Source of the DNA: an uncultured delta proteobacterium
GTDB taxonomy: Bacteria > Myxococcota_A > Polyangia > Polyangiales > Polyangiaceae
Direction of reading: 5' to 3'
Length of the DNA stretch: 64,000 bases
NCBI GenBank assembly: GCA_963850305.1
Contig: CAWKKR010000005.1
Span: 128,001 to 192,000 of the forward strand
The position numbers were made by a program, and so were the translations under genes. Below are positions 1 through 15,256 of the stretch, piece after piece. The notes beneath the pieces are model-generated. The model did no database searches. It was not told where the DNA came from and saw only the letters and a program-made list of their open reading frames with translations. Position 1 is the first letter of the stretch, and each line of letters begins with the position of its first letter.

Positions 1-941
1 ATCTTTCCACGACGGGCCCGACGTCCATGACCAAATGGAAGTCCCGCATGCTCGACGACCTGTTTCTCGCGACCGACGACATGCTCTCCGGGTCGTCGGG
101 GCTCGATGCGCAGCGCCTCTCGGGCGTTCGCAAGCAGGTGAAGGAACGATGGGCGGTGCCGGAGGCCGACGGCTTTTTGGACCAGTTTCTCGACTCCATG
201 CCCGAGCGCTATCTGCTGTCCCACGCCGCGGACGAGATCGTCGCGCATGCGAGGGTCGCGCTCGAGGGGAGGGAGAGTGTGGTCAGTGCGGATTTCGTTC
301 CGTCGCGCCATCCGGAAGTTGCAGAGCTCTGCGTCGTGACGGGCGACGTTGCGAGCGCGCCGGGGCTCTGCATCGTGACGGGCGATCGGCCGGGGCTCCT
401 CGCGTCCATCACGGCCGCCATCGCGTCGAACGGGCTCGAGGTCCACGCGGCGCAGATCCATACGCGGCAGCTCGCCGACGGCGGCACGCAGGCGGTCGAT
501 CTGTTCTGGATCACCGACCGCACCGACGAACCCGGCGACATCAGCCTCGTTCTTCCCAGGCTCCGGCGGGATCTCCAGCGAGTGATCACCGGATCCGTCC
601 CGGCACGCGATCTCATCCGGAAGCGAAGTGTCTGCCGCTGGAGCGAGCGCCCTCTCCCCGCCGTGAGCACGGAGATCGTCGTCGACAATCGCTCGTCCGC
701 GCGCCACACCCTCGTGGAGGTCGTGACGCGCGACCGGCCGGGCCTCCTCTACATGCTCTCGCAAGCGCTCCACCAGCTCGACCTCACGATAGTCGTCGCG
801 AAGATCAACACCGAAGGAACGCGCGTCGTGGACGTCTTCTACGTCACGGAGCTGGACGGCAAGCGCCTCGAGACGGCGGGGCGCATCCAGGCGGTGAGGG
901 AAGGGCTGTTCGCGGCGTTGAAGCCATCAGTCGCGGCATAG
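1..941 (+). CDS. glnD: [Protein-PII] uridylyltransferase, C-terminal part with two ACT domains (5' end outside window)
   Basis: Two ACT-like segments (DRPGLLASITAAIASNGLEVHAAQIHT...AVDLFWI and VVTRDRPGLLYMLSQALHQLDLTIVVAKINTEGTRVVDVFYVT), preceded by MPERYLLS; typical GlnD C-terminus. Confidence 0.9.
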   Translation, partial: LSTTGPTSMTKWKSRMLDDLFLATDDMLSGSSGLDAQRLSGVRKQVKERWAVPEADGFLDQFLDSMPERYLLSHAADEIVAHARVALEGRESVVSADFVPSRHPEVAELCVVTGDVASAPGLCIVTGDRPGLLASITAAIASNGLEVHAAQIHTRQLADGGTQAVDLFWITDRTDEPGDISLVLPRLRRDLQRVITGSVPARDLIRKRSVCRWSERPLPAVSTEIVVDNRSSARHTLVEVVTRDRPGLLYMLSQALHQLDLTIVVAKINTEGTRVVDVFYVTELDGKRLETAGRIQAVREGLFAALKPSVAA

Positions 942-944
942 CGG

Positions 945-1007
945 GGCGTCCTCCCGCCGGGATCACGCGTCCTCCCGCCGGGATCACGCGTCCTCCCGTC
1001 AGGGTCA
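945..1007. repeat. 21-bp minisatellite, left part (interrupted by IS481)
   Basis: About 2.5 copies of GGGATCACGCGTCCTCCCGYC directly after the glnD stop. Confidence 0.85.
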
Positions 1008-2564
1008 GGTGCAAACCGGGTGCTCTGGTGACACTTTAGACCGGGTCCCTGGGTGACACTTTTTGGGTGACGGGTCTGCCTGACGGCGGGCTGACGGCTA
1101 ATTGCCGCCATGCCGTGGAAGGAAGCCCGGATCGTGGACGAGCGAGTTCGATTCATCGCGGCTGTCGCGGAGGACCCGAGGGGAAACTTCACCCGCCTGT
1201 GCGCCAGCTTCGGCATCAGCCGGGCGAAGGGCTACAAATGGCTGGAGCGGTACGAGCGGCTAGGCCCGGCGGGGCTCGAGGACCAAAGGTCGGTCGCGAA
1301 GAGCTGCCCGCACCGCACGCCGGATGACGTGGTCGACCGGATCATCACGCTGCGGAAGCGGTTTCCATTCGACGGTCCCAAGAAGCTGCGCGTCCGGCTC
1401 CGAGACATCGATGGTGCTGACTTCGCTCTCCCCGCAGCGAGCACGATCGGTGAGATTCTGGATCGCTACGGGCTCGTGCGTCCGCGCCGCTCGCGGCTTC
1501 GTGTTCCGCCGAGCACGGAGCCCTTGGCCCACGCCGAGCTGCCCAACGACGTCTGGTGCACGGACTTCAAGGGGCACTTCGCTTGCGGCGATGGCACCCG
1601 CTGCCACCCGTTGACCATCACCGACGCGATGAGCCGGTACCTCGTCAAATGCGAGGGGCTACCCGGTGAGAAAGAAGGACCGGTGCGTGAGCAGTTCGAG
1701 CTCGCGTTCCGCGAGTTCGGAGTGCCCCGTCGCATTCGCTCGGACAACGGGTCGCCGTTCGCCAGCAAGGCTTTAGGCGGACTTTCCCGCCTCAGCATGT
1801 GGTGGATTCAGCTCGGCATCGTGCCCGAGCGCATCGAGCCAGGGCAACCGCAACAGAATGGTCGTCACGAGCGCATGCACAAGACGCTCAAGGAGCAGAC
1901 CGCCAATCCACCGGCTGCAACGCCGATTGATCAGCAACGCGCCTTCGATCGCTTTCGCGCCGACTACAACGACCATCGTCCGCACGAAGCGCTCGGCCTC
2001 ACGCCGCCTGCGCGACACTACGAGCCGTCGCTGCGTCCCATGCCGGAGCGTTTGCGAGCTCCCGCTTACGGCGACGATTTCGACGTGCGGCGAGTTAACA
2101 CAAGCGGGGTTCTGAAGTTCAAGGGCAAGCAGCTGACCGTCAGCACACTCTTCACCGATCAGCCGCTCGGTCTTCAGCGGGTCGACGAGGAAGAGTGGGA
2201 CCTTCACTACGGCCCGGTGCTCCTCGGTCATGTTCTCCTGCGCAACGGCGAGCTGCGACTCGAGCGGCCGTAGCCCAGAGCTCAGCCGCCCCCCTCCATC
2301 TACCGCGTCCGTCTCTCGCTCCCGGACTGCGCTTCCGTCGCCTCCGGCTCCGTCAGCCCGAACCCGGATTGCGCCCGGATAGCGTCTTCGCTCGCTGAGG
2401 CTTTGTCTCTTCGCGATCGGTCCGTGTCGTTGCGCTTCCCGGTCTGTGTCTTAGAGGCACCCGGTTTACGTCCCCACAGCACCGAATCTGTGATTGAACA
2501 GAGCCGGACCTGTAACCAAGGGTCCCGGTCTATTCCGTCACCCAGGCACCCGGTCGCTCACCCC
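1008..2564 (+). mobile_element. IS481-family insertion sequence
   Basis: Imperfect ~50-bp terminal inverted repeats (1010-1058 TGCAAACCGGGTGCTCTGGTGACACTTTAGACCGGGTCCCTGGGTGACA versus the reverse complement of 2511-2560) enclose a transposase. Possible GTCA duplication at 1004-1007 / 2565-2568. Exact tips uncertain by a few bp. Confidence 0.8.
1110..2273 (+). CDS. IS481-family DDE transposase (HTH + rve integrase core)
   Basis: MPWKE start, N-terminal HTH (LCASFGISRAKGYKWLERY), WCTDFKG, IRSDNGSPF, PQQNGRHERMHKTLK, YNDHRPHEAL. Confidence 0.95.
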   Translation: MPWKEARIVDERVRFIAAVAEDPRGNFTRLCASFGISRAKGYKWLERYERLGPAGLEDQRSVAKSCPHRTPDDVVDRIITLRKRFPFDGPKKLRVRLRDIDGADFALPAASTIGEILDRYGLVRPRRSRLRVPPSTEPLAHAELPNDVWCTDFKGHFACGDGTRCHPLTITDAMSRYLVKCEGLPGEKEGPVREQFELAFREFGVPRRIRSDNGSPFASKALGGLSRLSMWWIQLGIVPERIEPGQPQQNGRHERMHKTLKEQTANPPAATPIDQQRAFDRFRADYNDHRPHEALGLTPPARHYEPSLRPMPERLRAPAYGDDFDVRRVNTSGVLKFKGKQLTVSTLFTDQPLGLQRVDEEEWDLHYGPVLLGHVLLRNGELRLERP

Positions 2565-2910
2565 GTCATGCGGCAAACCCGCCGGGATCGCCGGCACTCC
2601 CGTCGGGATCATGCACACTCCCGTCGGGATCACGCGTCCTCCCGCCGGGATCACGCGTCCTCCCATCGGGATCATGCACTCTCCCGGCCGGGATCGCCGA
2701 CACTCCCGTCGGGATCACGCGTCCTCCCGCCGGGATCACCGACACTCCCGTCGGGATCACGCGTCCTCCCAGCCGGGGTCACGCGTCCTCCCGCCGGGAT
2801 CACGCGTCCTCCCGTCGGGATCACGCGTCCTCCCAGCCGGGATCACGCGTCCTCCCGGCAGGGTCAAGCGACAAACCCGACGGGAGTGCCGACGATCCCG
2901 CCGGGATCGT
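2565..2910. repeat. 21-bp palindromic minisatellite, right part
   Basis: 13 GGGAT/GGGGT-anchored units at 21-22 bp spacing from 2584 to 2839, core TCCCGYCGGGA, followed by inverted or degenerate copies. Confidence 0.9.
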
Positions 2911-3243
2911 CGGTTACCCTGGTGAGGTCGTTCCGGATTCCGGGAGAACCGGCGCTCGTGCCGCGACGCGGGTCGATGATTCCGTATGGGAGCGGCGCTG
3001 ATCTCCGCGGGATCGTCGGCCATCGCGGCGAGATCGGCGTGGACCTCGCGTGGGATGGCGCTGGCCCCGGCGGTCGAAGGCACCCTGTCGACGAGGTCGC
3101 GAGCAAGCGCGGCGCGCGAGGCAGGTAACGCGCGCAGCGATCGGCCCACCCTGCGTCGCGATCGATCGTGACCTCGTCGCAGTGCGCAGGCTGCTTCGCG
3201 ACCGCGTGGCCGACGCGCGAGAGTGTCGTCGAAATGCGCCGGT

Positions 3244-3611
3244 GGCCTTGCCCCCGCGGCTCGCTTCGCGCCCGCTCCCCCCGCCGCCTTCGGCGGGCTC
3301 GCTCCGCTCGTTAGGTAAAGGGGGCCTTGCCCCCGCGGCTCGCTTCGCGCCCGCTCCCCCCGCCGCCTTCGGCGGGCTCGCTCCGCTCGTTAGGTAAAGG
3401 GGGCCTTGCCCCCGCGGCTCGCTTCGCGCCCGCTCCCCCCGCCGCCTTCGGCGGGCTCGCTCCGCTCGTTAGGTAAAGGGGGCCTTGCCCCCGCGGCTCG
3501 CTTCGCGCCCGCTCCCCCGCCGCCTTCGGCGGGCTCGCTCCGCTCGCGTAGTTCCGCGCTTGTTTCATCCCTCGGGGACGACGTGCATCGTCGATGCGGA
3601 ACTACTAGGAA
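3244..3611. repeat. Modular REP/BIME-like element copy 1: four ~79-bp units plus terminal GTAG hairpin module (3548-3605)
   Basis: Unit GGGGGCCTTGCCCCCGCGGCTCGCTTCGCGCCCGCTCCCCCGCCGCCTTCGGCGGGCTCGCTCCGCTCGTTAGGTAAA; module GTAGTTCCGC...TGCGGAACTAC. Confidence 0.9.
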
Positions 3612-3713
3612 CGTAGATTTCCAACCGGTTCATACATCGAGTCGAGTGTTGCGATCCCGCGGAGCGAGGGGTTTACTCTGATCACACTGTATGCACAGGG
3701 GAGCGAGCGGCAC

Positions 3714-4904
3714 ATGAAAACTCACACCGGCGCACCGCGGGCACGTCTTGATTCCATGCTTATCGGGTTGGCGCTGACGCTGCCCCTCAGCGCCGCGTGC
3801 TCGGCGTCGAGCGGCGGAAGCGGCTCGGGCGGCGAGGCCGGTGGTCAATTCAACTCGGGCGTCGGCGGCACCTCCGGGAGTAACGGCGGCACGTTCGGCG
3901 AGGTGGGTGGGGGTAACGACCTCGGCACCGGTGCGGCCGCCGGGGGCAGCAACGTCGCCAGCGGAGGTTCTTTCACGGACAACGGCAGCGGCGGCGAGCT
4001 CGCGGGCAACGGGGGCGAGCCGAGCGGAAGCGGAGGCACCACGGGCGGCGGCACGGGCGGCACAGTGGAGACAGGCGCGGGAGGCGCGACTCAGGTGCAA
4101 CCGGGAACATTCTGCTTGCAAGCTGGCTCGGGCGACTACTCGAAAGCGGGTCCGTACGCGGTGAGCACGATGGCGAACGTGGATCTGGCGAGCGTACTAC
4201 CGGCGGGGACCGCGACGCCGACGACCTATACGATCTTCTACCCGACCAACATGGAAGCAAACTGCCCGCACCCCGTGATCGCCTGGGGTAACGGCACCGG
4301 AGTCACGGGCTCCCAGGTGTACGGCTTCTTCAACAACAATGCGGCGAGCTGGGGCATGGTCGTCATCGCTTCGGACAATTCGAACGTCGGGAGCGGCGTG
4401 TATCAGACGGCAGGCGTGGACTACCTCATGGCCGAGAACGGGGATCCGACGAGCCCGTTCTATCAAAAGCTCGGCACGCGGGCGGGCGTCTCGGGGCATT
4501 CCCAGGGCGCCTTCGGCGCTACCGTCGCGACGAGCGACCCGAACATCGTCTCGGAGGTGCAGGTGGAGGGGGGCGGAAACCCGAAAGCCGGCATCTCGTT
4601 CCTGGCCCTCTCCGGAACCGCGGACAACGTCGTGACGACGGGACCGCCCACCGCGAGCTACGCCGCGGCGACCGGTCCATCCATGCTCGCGATCTACACC
4701 GGCGCCGATCATGTCACCACACCCACCCTCGCTGGCTGGGCCCAGCAGAACCCGGGCACCATCCAGTTCATGCGCTTCTACACCGCGTGGTTCCGCTGCT
4801 TTCTCGCGGACGACGCCAACGCCTGCGCGATGTTCAAGGGCGGACAGAGCTGCGGCGTGTGCAAGGACCCGAACTGGTCGTCGATAGAGACGAAGAACCT
4901 GTAA
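3714..4904 (+). CDS. Lipoprotein alpha/beta hydrolase (lipase/cutinase/polyester-hydrolase-like) with Gly/Ser-rich linker
   Basis: Lipobox LSAAC; Gly-rich tether; HPVIAWGNGTG; nucleophile GHSQG; candidate Asp (GTADNVV) and His (GADHVT). Confidence 0.8.
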   Translation: MKTHTGAPRARLDSMLIGLALTLPLSAACSASSGGSGSGGEAGGQFNSGVGGTSGSNGGTFGEVGGGNDLGTGAAAGGSNVASGGSFTDNGSGGELAGNGGEPSGSGGTTGGGTGGTVETGAGGATQVQPGTFCLQAGSGDYSKAGPYAVSTMANVDLASVLPAGTATPTTYTIFYPTNMEANCPHPVIAWGNGTGVTGSQVYGFFNNNAASWGMVVIASDNSNVGSGVYQTAGVDYLMAENGDPTSPFYQKLGTRAGVSGHSQGAFGATVATSDPNIVSEVQVEGGGNPKAGISFLALSGTADNVVTTGPPTASYAAATGPSMLAIYTGADHVTTPTLAGWAQQNPGTIQFMRFYTAWFRCFLADDANACAMFKGGQSCGVCKDPNWSSIETKNL

Positions 4905-5091
4905 CCGACTCCGGGCGGAGCTTCTCCGGCCGCCCGAGATTCGGGCCGGCGATCGCGCACTGAACGTGATTGACGCCGGATTGACGAAACCGTGGGCGGA
5001 AGCGCGAATGGCTTGCTAGGTTTCCGATCGGTTCACGCCAGTGGACACTGGCACGGCGCGGGGCTCTCCCCCCGGCGTCATTCCCGTTAGA

Positions 5092-5475
5092 ATGGCCGAC
5101 GATCGCCTTCCAGAAGTCGTCAGGACGCTAGTGGCCCAGTGCATCGAGTCGGTGCCGGCGCTCGAGACGTTGCTGCTACTGCGAGCCGCGGCGCCGGAAC
5201 GGATGACGCTCGAGCGCGTCGCCAGGATGATTTTCGTCAGCGAGCCCGCCGCCGCGATCGTGCTGACGCAACTGGAGGAGAGCGGCCTGGTCGCCTCTAC
5301 CGCCGGCGACCAGTTTCTGTATGCCCCTCGCACGCCGGAGCTCGCCGCCGCGGTCGACCAGCTTGCGCGCTCGTACATGACGCATCTCCTGCCGCTGACA
5401 CGACTCATTCACGCGAAGCCCGGCGCAAATGTTCTCGCCTTCGCAGATGCATTTCGCATCCGAAAGGACAAGTAA
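5092..5475 (+). CDS. Hypothetical protein, probable winged-helix-like fold
   Basis: IESVPALETLLLL...LERVARMIFVSEPAAAIVLTQLEESGLV pattern; first gene of a tightly coupled three-gene unit. Confidence 0.7.
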   Translation: MADDRLPEVVRTLVAQCIESVPALETLLLLRAAAPERMTLERVARMIFVSEPAAAIVLTQLEESGLVASTAGDQFLYAPRTPELAAAVDQLARSYMTHLLPLTRLIHAKPGANVLAFADAFRIRKDK

Positions 5476-5477
5476 GC

Positions 5478-5735
5478 GTGGCCGCACTCATCTACTCCGT
5501 CTGTGCTCTGGCCGCCTTCACCTGCGCGTTCGTCCTGTTGCGCGCATATCGGCGCTCGGGGATGCGCTTGCTGTTCTGGAGCGGCCTCTGCTTCTCGCTC
5601 CTGACGCTCAACAATGCGCTCATCACCGTGGACCTGCTGGTGATTCCCGACACGGACATCTTCTTCGTGCGGAACTTGAGCGCGCTCCTGGCAATCGGAT
5701 CGATGCTCTACGGCCTCGTCTGGGAGGCGAAGTGA
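5478..5735 (+). CDS. Small 3-TM membrane protein, DUF5985-like
   Basis: GTG start 2 nt after the upstream stop; LLRAYRRSGMRLLFWSGLCF...LYGLVWEAK. Confidence 0.75.
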   Translation: MAALIYSVCALAAFTCAFVLLRAYRRSGMRLLFWSGLCFSLLTLNNALITVDLLVIPDTDIFFVRNLSALLAIGSMLYGLVWEAK

Positions 5736-5737
5736 CG

Positions 5738-6010
5738 ATGGACGCTTTCAACCGGACCCTGCTCGGTGCCATCGCGATGGGTTTTCTCGTGTCGGGGGTA
5801 TTTTTCGTTCGCTTCTGGCGGCAGAGCCAGGATCGGTTCTTCCTGCTGTTCGCGCTTTCATTTCTTCTGCAAGGAGTCGATCGAGCCGCGCTGGGTCTCC
5901 TCGAGCGGCCGAACGAGGGGAACCCGGCCATCTACCTGCTCCGGCTCGTCGCCTACCTGTTCATCCTGATCGCCGTACTCGAGAAGAACGCGATCAGGAG
6001 CAAGCGCTGA
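5738..6010 (+). CDS. Small 3-TM membrane protein, DUF5985-like (second paralog)
   Basis: ATG 2 nt after the upstream stop; [33 protein letters not shown]...[19 protein letters not shown]. Confidence 0.75.
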   Translation: MDAFNRTLLGAIAMGFLVSGVFFVRFWRQSQDRFFLLFALSFLLQGVDRAALGLLERPNEGNPAIYLLRLVAYLFILIAVLEKNAIRSKR

Positions 6011-6026
6011 ACGGCGGGCACCGGCT

Positions 6027-12291
<6,265 letters not shown>

Positions 12292-12300
12292 GGTCGTTCC

Positions 12301-14022
12301 TCACCGTTCCGAGGTTCTGTCAGTGCCGTCAGACGCGAGGTCTTCGTCCTGTCGCCGGCGTCGACTCAGGTCGATGAACACGGCGACCTTCTTCCGGACG
12401 ATCTCGGAATCCAGCGGCTTGACCAGATAGTCCACGCCGCCCGCCGCGTAGGCTCGATGGATCTGTTCGGGGTCGTCACCGTACGCGGTGATGAAAATGA
12501 TGGGAATGTCGCGGCTCCGCTCGAGCTCCTTCAAGTGGGTGGCGACCTCGAGCCCGTCCATTCTGGGCATCGCGACGTCGATGAGGGCCACGGAGAACTC
12601 CTCGCGCAGCGCCAGCCGGAGCGCCTCTTCTCCCGAGTCCGCGGTCACGAGCCGGTAATCGGGGCGCTCGAGAATGGCCTTCAGCGAGAGAAGGTTCTCG
12701 GGACGGTCATCGACGAGCAGGATGTTCGAAACCGAATTCGTCTTCGGCCGGGGAGGTGTCTCTGCAACGCTCGGGACGGTGAAGAAAAGGGTCGTTCCCG
12801 CGCCGGCCGTGGTCTCGGCCCAGATCTGGCCACCGTGGGCCTCGACGATCGCCTTGCAGATCGTCAGCCCGAGTCCGGTGCCGCGCCGTTCCTTTTTCCT
12901 CGCCTGCCAGAATCGATCGAAGATGTGAGGCAACTGCTCCGGCGCGATGCCCGAGCCACTGTCCTTCACCCAGATGAGCACCTCGCCCTCTTTGCGCGCT
13001 GCCCCCACGACTATCGTTCCCCCGGCGCTCGTGAACTTGAGGGCGTTGCCGATCAGGTTCTCCAGCACCTCGAGAAGGCGCTCCTCGTCTGCTTCGAGAC
13101 GCGGCAGGTCGGGTGAGAGATCCGTTGCGACGATGACGGACGCTTCCGAGGCAGGGCCATGCTGCGACTCGAGCGCCGTCAGTACCAATTCTGCCGTTTC
13201 GACCGGTCGCGTGTCGATGGTGAATCCATTCGTCGCGATGGCGTTGATCTCGAGCAAGTCCTGAACGATCCGGTCCGCTCTCTGCGTGCCCCGCATGATC
13301 CTGTGGATGGATCGCCGGGTCGTCGAGTCCGGGAACCTGAGGAGGAGCGTATTGGCCGCGATCGAGATGGCGTGGAGCGGGTTCCGCAGATCGTGGGCGA
13401 CGACCGCCAGTACGTCGTCGCGAGACCGAACTCCTTGCACCAGGGTTTCGTGGTCTGCCCGTCGGACGATCGCTGCCGCGGCCGGTGTGGACAGGGCGAC
13501 CAAGAGGCTTCTTCGTTGCTCCGGAAGGTCGTGCTCCGCGAATGTGCCGAGGTAAAGAACCCCTACTGTCCCGTCGACGTCGACCAGCGGCAGAGCATGG
13601 AGCGCGCGCACTCCTTTCTCTCGGATGGCGTCGCTTCTTGCCGCTGACTCCAGCCTGACGGCCGAGATGAGCGGCGCGGGGCTTCCCGGCGTCCTTTCGG
13701 GAAGGCCTTCCGCGATGGGGAGCGAGAAGCCGTTCAGCACCTCCTCCTCGAGCCCCAGCGCGGCGCGGGACACCAGTCGATCGTTTTCGCAGAGCCGCAG
13801 TACGCCGACGTCCACGCGCCCCGCTTCCACGAACAGTCGGACCAGGTCTTGCAGAAGCTCCTCGAGGGTCGCGCGTGCAGTCACGACGGTCGCGAGCTGC
13901 TGGAATGCCCGGGCGATGGACGCGTCAGGCTCGGCTTCGAGCACCACGCGGTTCCGCAGGCGACGCTCCTGTTCGAGCTCGCGCGAAAGGTCCTCGCTCG
14001 AACGCCCCTTGTCAGCGGTCAT
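12301..14022 (-). CDS. Hybrid sensor histidine kinase (GAF-HisKA-HATPase-REC)
   Basis: VVAHDLRNPL H-box, ENLIGNALKF, DSGSGI, GTGLGL, C-terminal ILLVDD...DVAMPRMDG...KP. Confidence 0.93.
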   Translation of the reverse strand: MTADKGRSSEDLSRELEQERRLRNRVVLEAEPDASIARAFQQLATVVTARATLEELLQDLVRLFVEAGRVDVGVLRLCENDRLVSRAALGLEEEVLNGFSLPIAEGLPERTPGSPAPLISAVRLESAARSDAIREKGVRALHALPLVDVDGTVGVLYLGTFAEHDLPEQRRSLLVALSTPAAAAIVRRADHETLVQGVRSRDDVLAVVAHDLRNPLHAISIAANTLLLRFPDSTTRRSIHRIMRGTQRADRIVQDLLEINAIATNGFTIDTRPVETAELVLTALESQHGPASEASVIVATDLSPDLPRLEADEERLLEVLENLIGNALKFTSAGGTIVVGAARKEGEVLIWVKDSGSGIAPEQLPHIFDRFWQARKKERRGTGLGLTICKAIVEAHGGQIWAETTAGAGTTLFFTVPSVAETPPRPKTNSVSNILLVDDRPENLLSLKAILERPDYRLVTADSGEEALRLALREEFSVALIDVAMPRMDGLEVATHLKELERSRDIPIIFITAYGDDPEQIHRAYAAGGVDYLVKPLDSEIVRKKVAVFIDLSRRRRQDEDLASDGTDRTSER

Positions 14023-14428
14023 GATCCGCTCTCCCTGCGTCGAGGGCTCGCGCGATCACCTCGAGAAGAGTCGGGACATTCAGGGGTTTGCTGAGGAGTG
14101 CCGTGAGCTCGAGTGACGCCGCGTCGTCCTTCACGGTCGGGTCTCCCGTGACTGCGACGACGGGAATCGTCGCATCGGAACCGCTCGTCAGGTGCTTCTG
14201 CCGGAACTCTCTGCCGTTCATGTTCGGCATCTGGATGTCGAGCAGGATGAGATCGGGGCGTGAAGAAGGCCGATCGCCGACGTTCCGGAGATATTCGAGG
14301 GCACGCGCGCCGTCACCGACGGCGGCAACGGCGTATCCTGCTTCTTCGAGTAGCTCGCTTAAGCCGTCTCTCTGATCCGGATCGTCTTCCACGACGAGGA
14401 TGCGGCGCGGTTGGTGCGGATGGGACAT
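14012..14428 (-). CDS. Single-domain response regulator (CheY-like)
   Basis: ILVVEDD, PDLILLDIQMPNMNG, LSKP; its stop overlaps the next kinase start. Confidence 0.92.
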   Translation of the reverse strand: MSHPHQPRRILVVEDDPDQRDGLSELLEEAGYAVAAVGDGARALEYLRNVGDRPSSRPDLILLDIQMPNMNGREFRQKHLTSGSDATIPVVAVTGDPTVKDDAASLELTALLSKPLNVPTLLEVIARALDAGRADHDR

Positions 14429-14863
14429 GCCTGTTCTCCGTTGAGGGCTCCGCCAGTCATCGATCCCCTCGAAACTTTAGAACTTTGTTAGACCAATTGG
14501 CGGCTGGACGGCAAGACGCCGGGTCGACCGACGCAGACGTGCGAGCCATTTCCACCGGCGCACGACCCACCCAAGGTGCGGTGATGCCTGGTCTTTCAGC
14601 CGCGTGATGGTCCCTCGTCTCGTGGCGCCGAAAAATCGCGGGTCGTCACTTCGCGCGCCCCGACCTCGCCGGGCTGAAGACGCGGCGACGTGCCGGGTGG
14701 GACCTGCGTCGCGGCGCGCGCCACGCCATGGCCGCTAATTGCGAATGTCGCTCGCGGGGGCACATCGCGCCCACGAGATCGTCCAATCCACCGGAAGGGG
14801 AGCGACCGATTTTCGGCGCCTCAAGGACGAGGGATTTCGCCCGTCGCGGACCCCGCTACGCCG

Positions 14864-15112
14864 TCACACCTGCTTCTCGACGAACTTCCGGATCGAACGA
14901 GCAACGTCGAGCGCGGCGTTCGCCGAAGCCGCCGTTACTTTCTCGGCCCGCTTCGTGACCTTCCGCTGGAGCGCCTGCGTCTTGACCTCGAGATCGCCCA
15001 GCGCACGGCGCGCCTGGATCGAGAGCACCTCGAGCTTGACTCGAGCCGCATTGCGGGCGCCATCGAGCTCGCTCACTGCTTCGTTCAACGTTTTCATCGA
15101 TCCGTTCAACAT
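14864..15112 (-). CDS. Small helical hypothetical protein
   Basis: AAAGGAGA RBS upstream of ATG; amphipathic helical sequence. Confidence 0.65.
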   Translation of the reverse strand: MLNGSMKTLNEAVSELDGARNAARVKLEVLSIQARRALGDLEVKTQALQRKVTKRAEKVTAASANAALDVARSIRKFVEKQV

Positions 15113-15256
15113 CCGCGTGTCTCCTTTGGTGTGCTCCACGTCAGTGGTCCGCTCGCCGAATCATCCGAGCTTCGTCCCCGGGCTCCTTCGACTGCTGGAG
15201 TAGCTCCCACGAGTTTCCCGATCTGGCAAGCCGTCGAAACGCGTTCAGCCACGCGG

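Noticed and set aside
2578..2860. 21-bp array as a mini-CRISPR
   Set aside because: The variable linkers are only ~9 nt and recur; the pattern fits a minisatellite.
2403..3681. ORFs running through the repeat arrays (also 22831-23371, 26389-27515, 29736-30090)
   Set aside because: They are low-complexity translations of stop-free GC-rich repeats, with no RBS or domain evidence.
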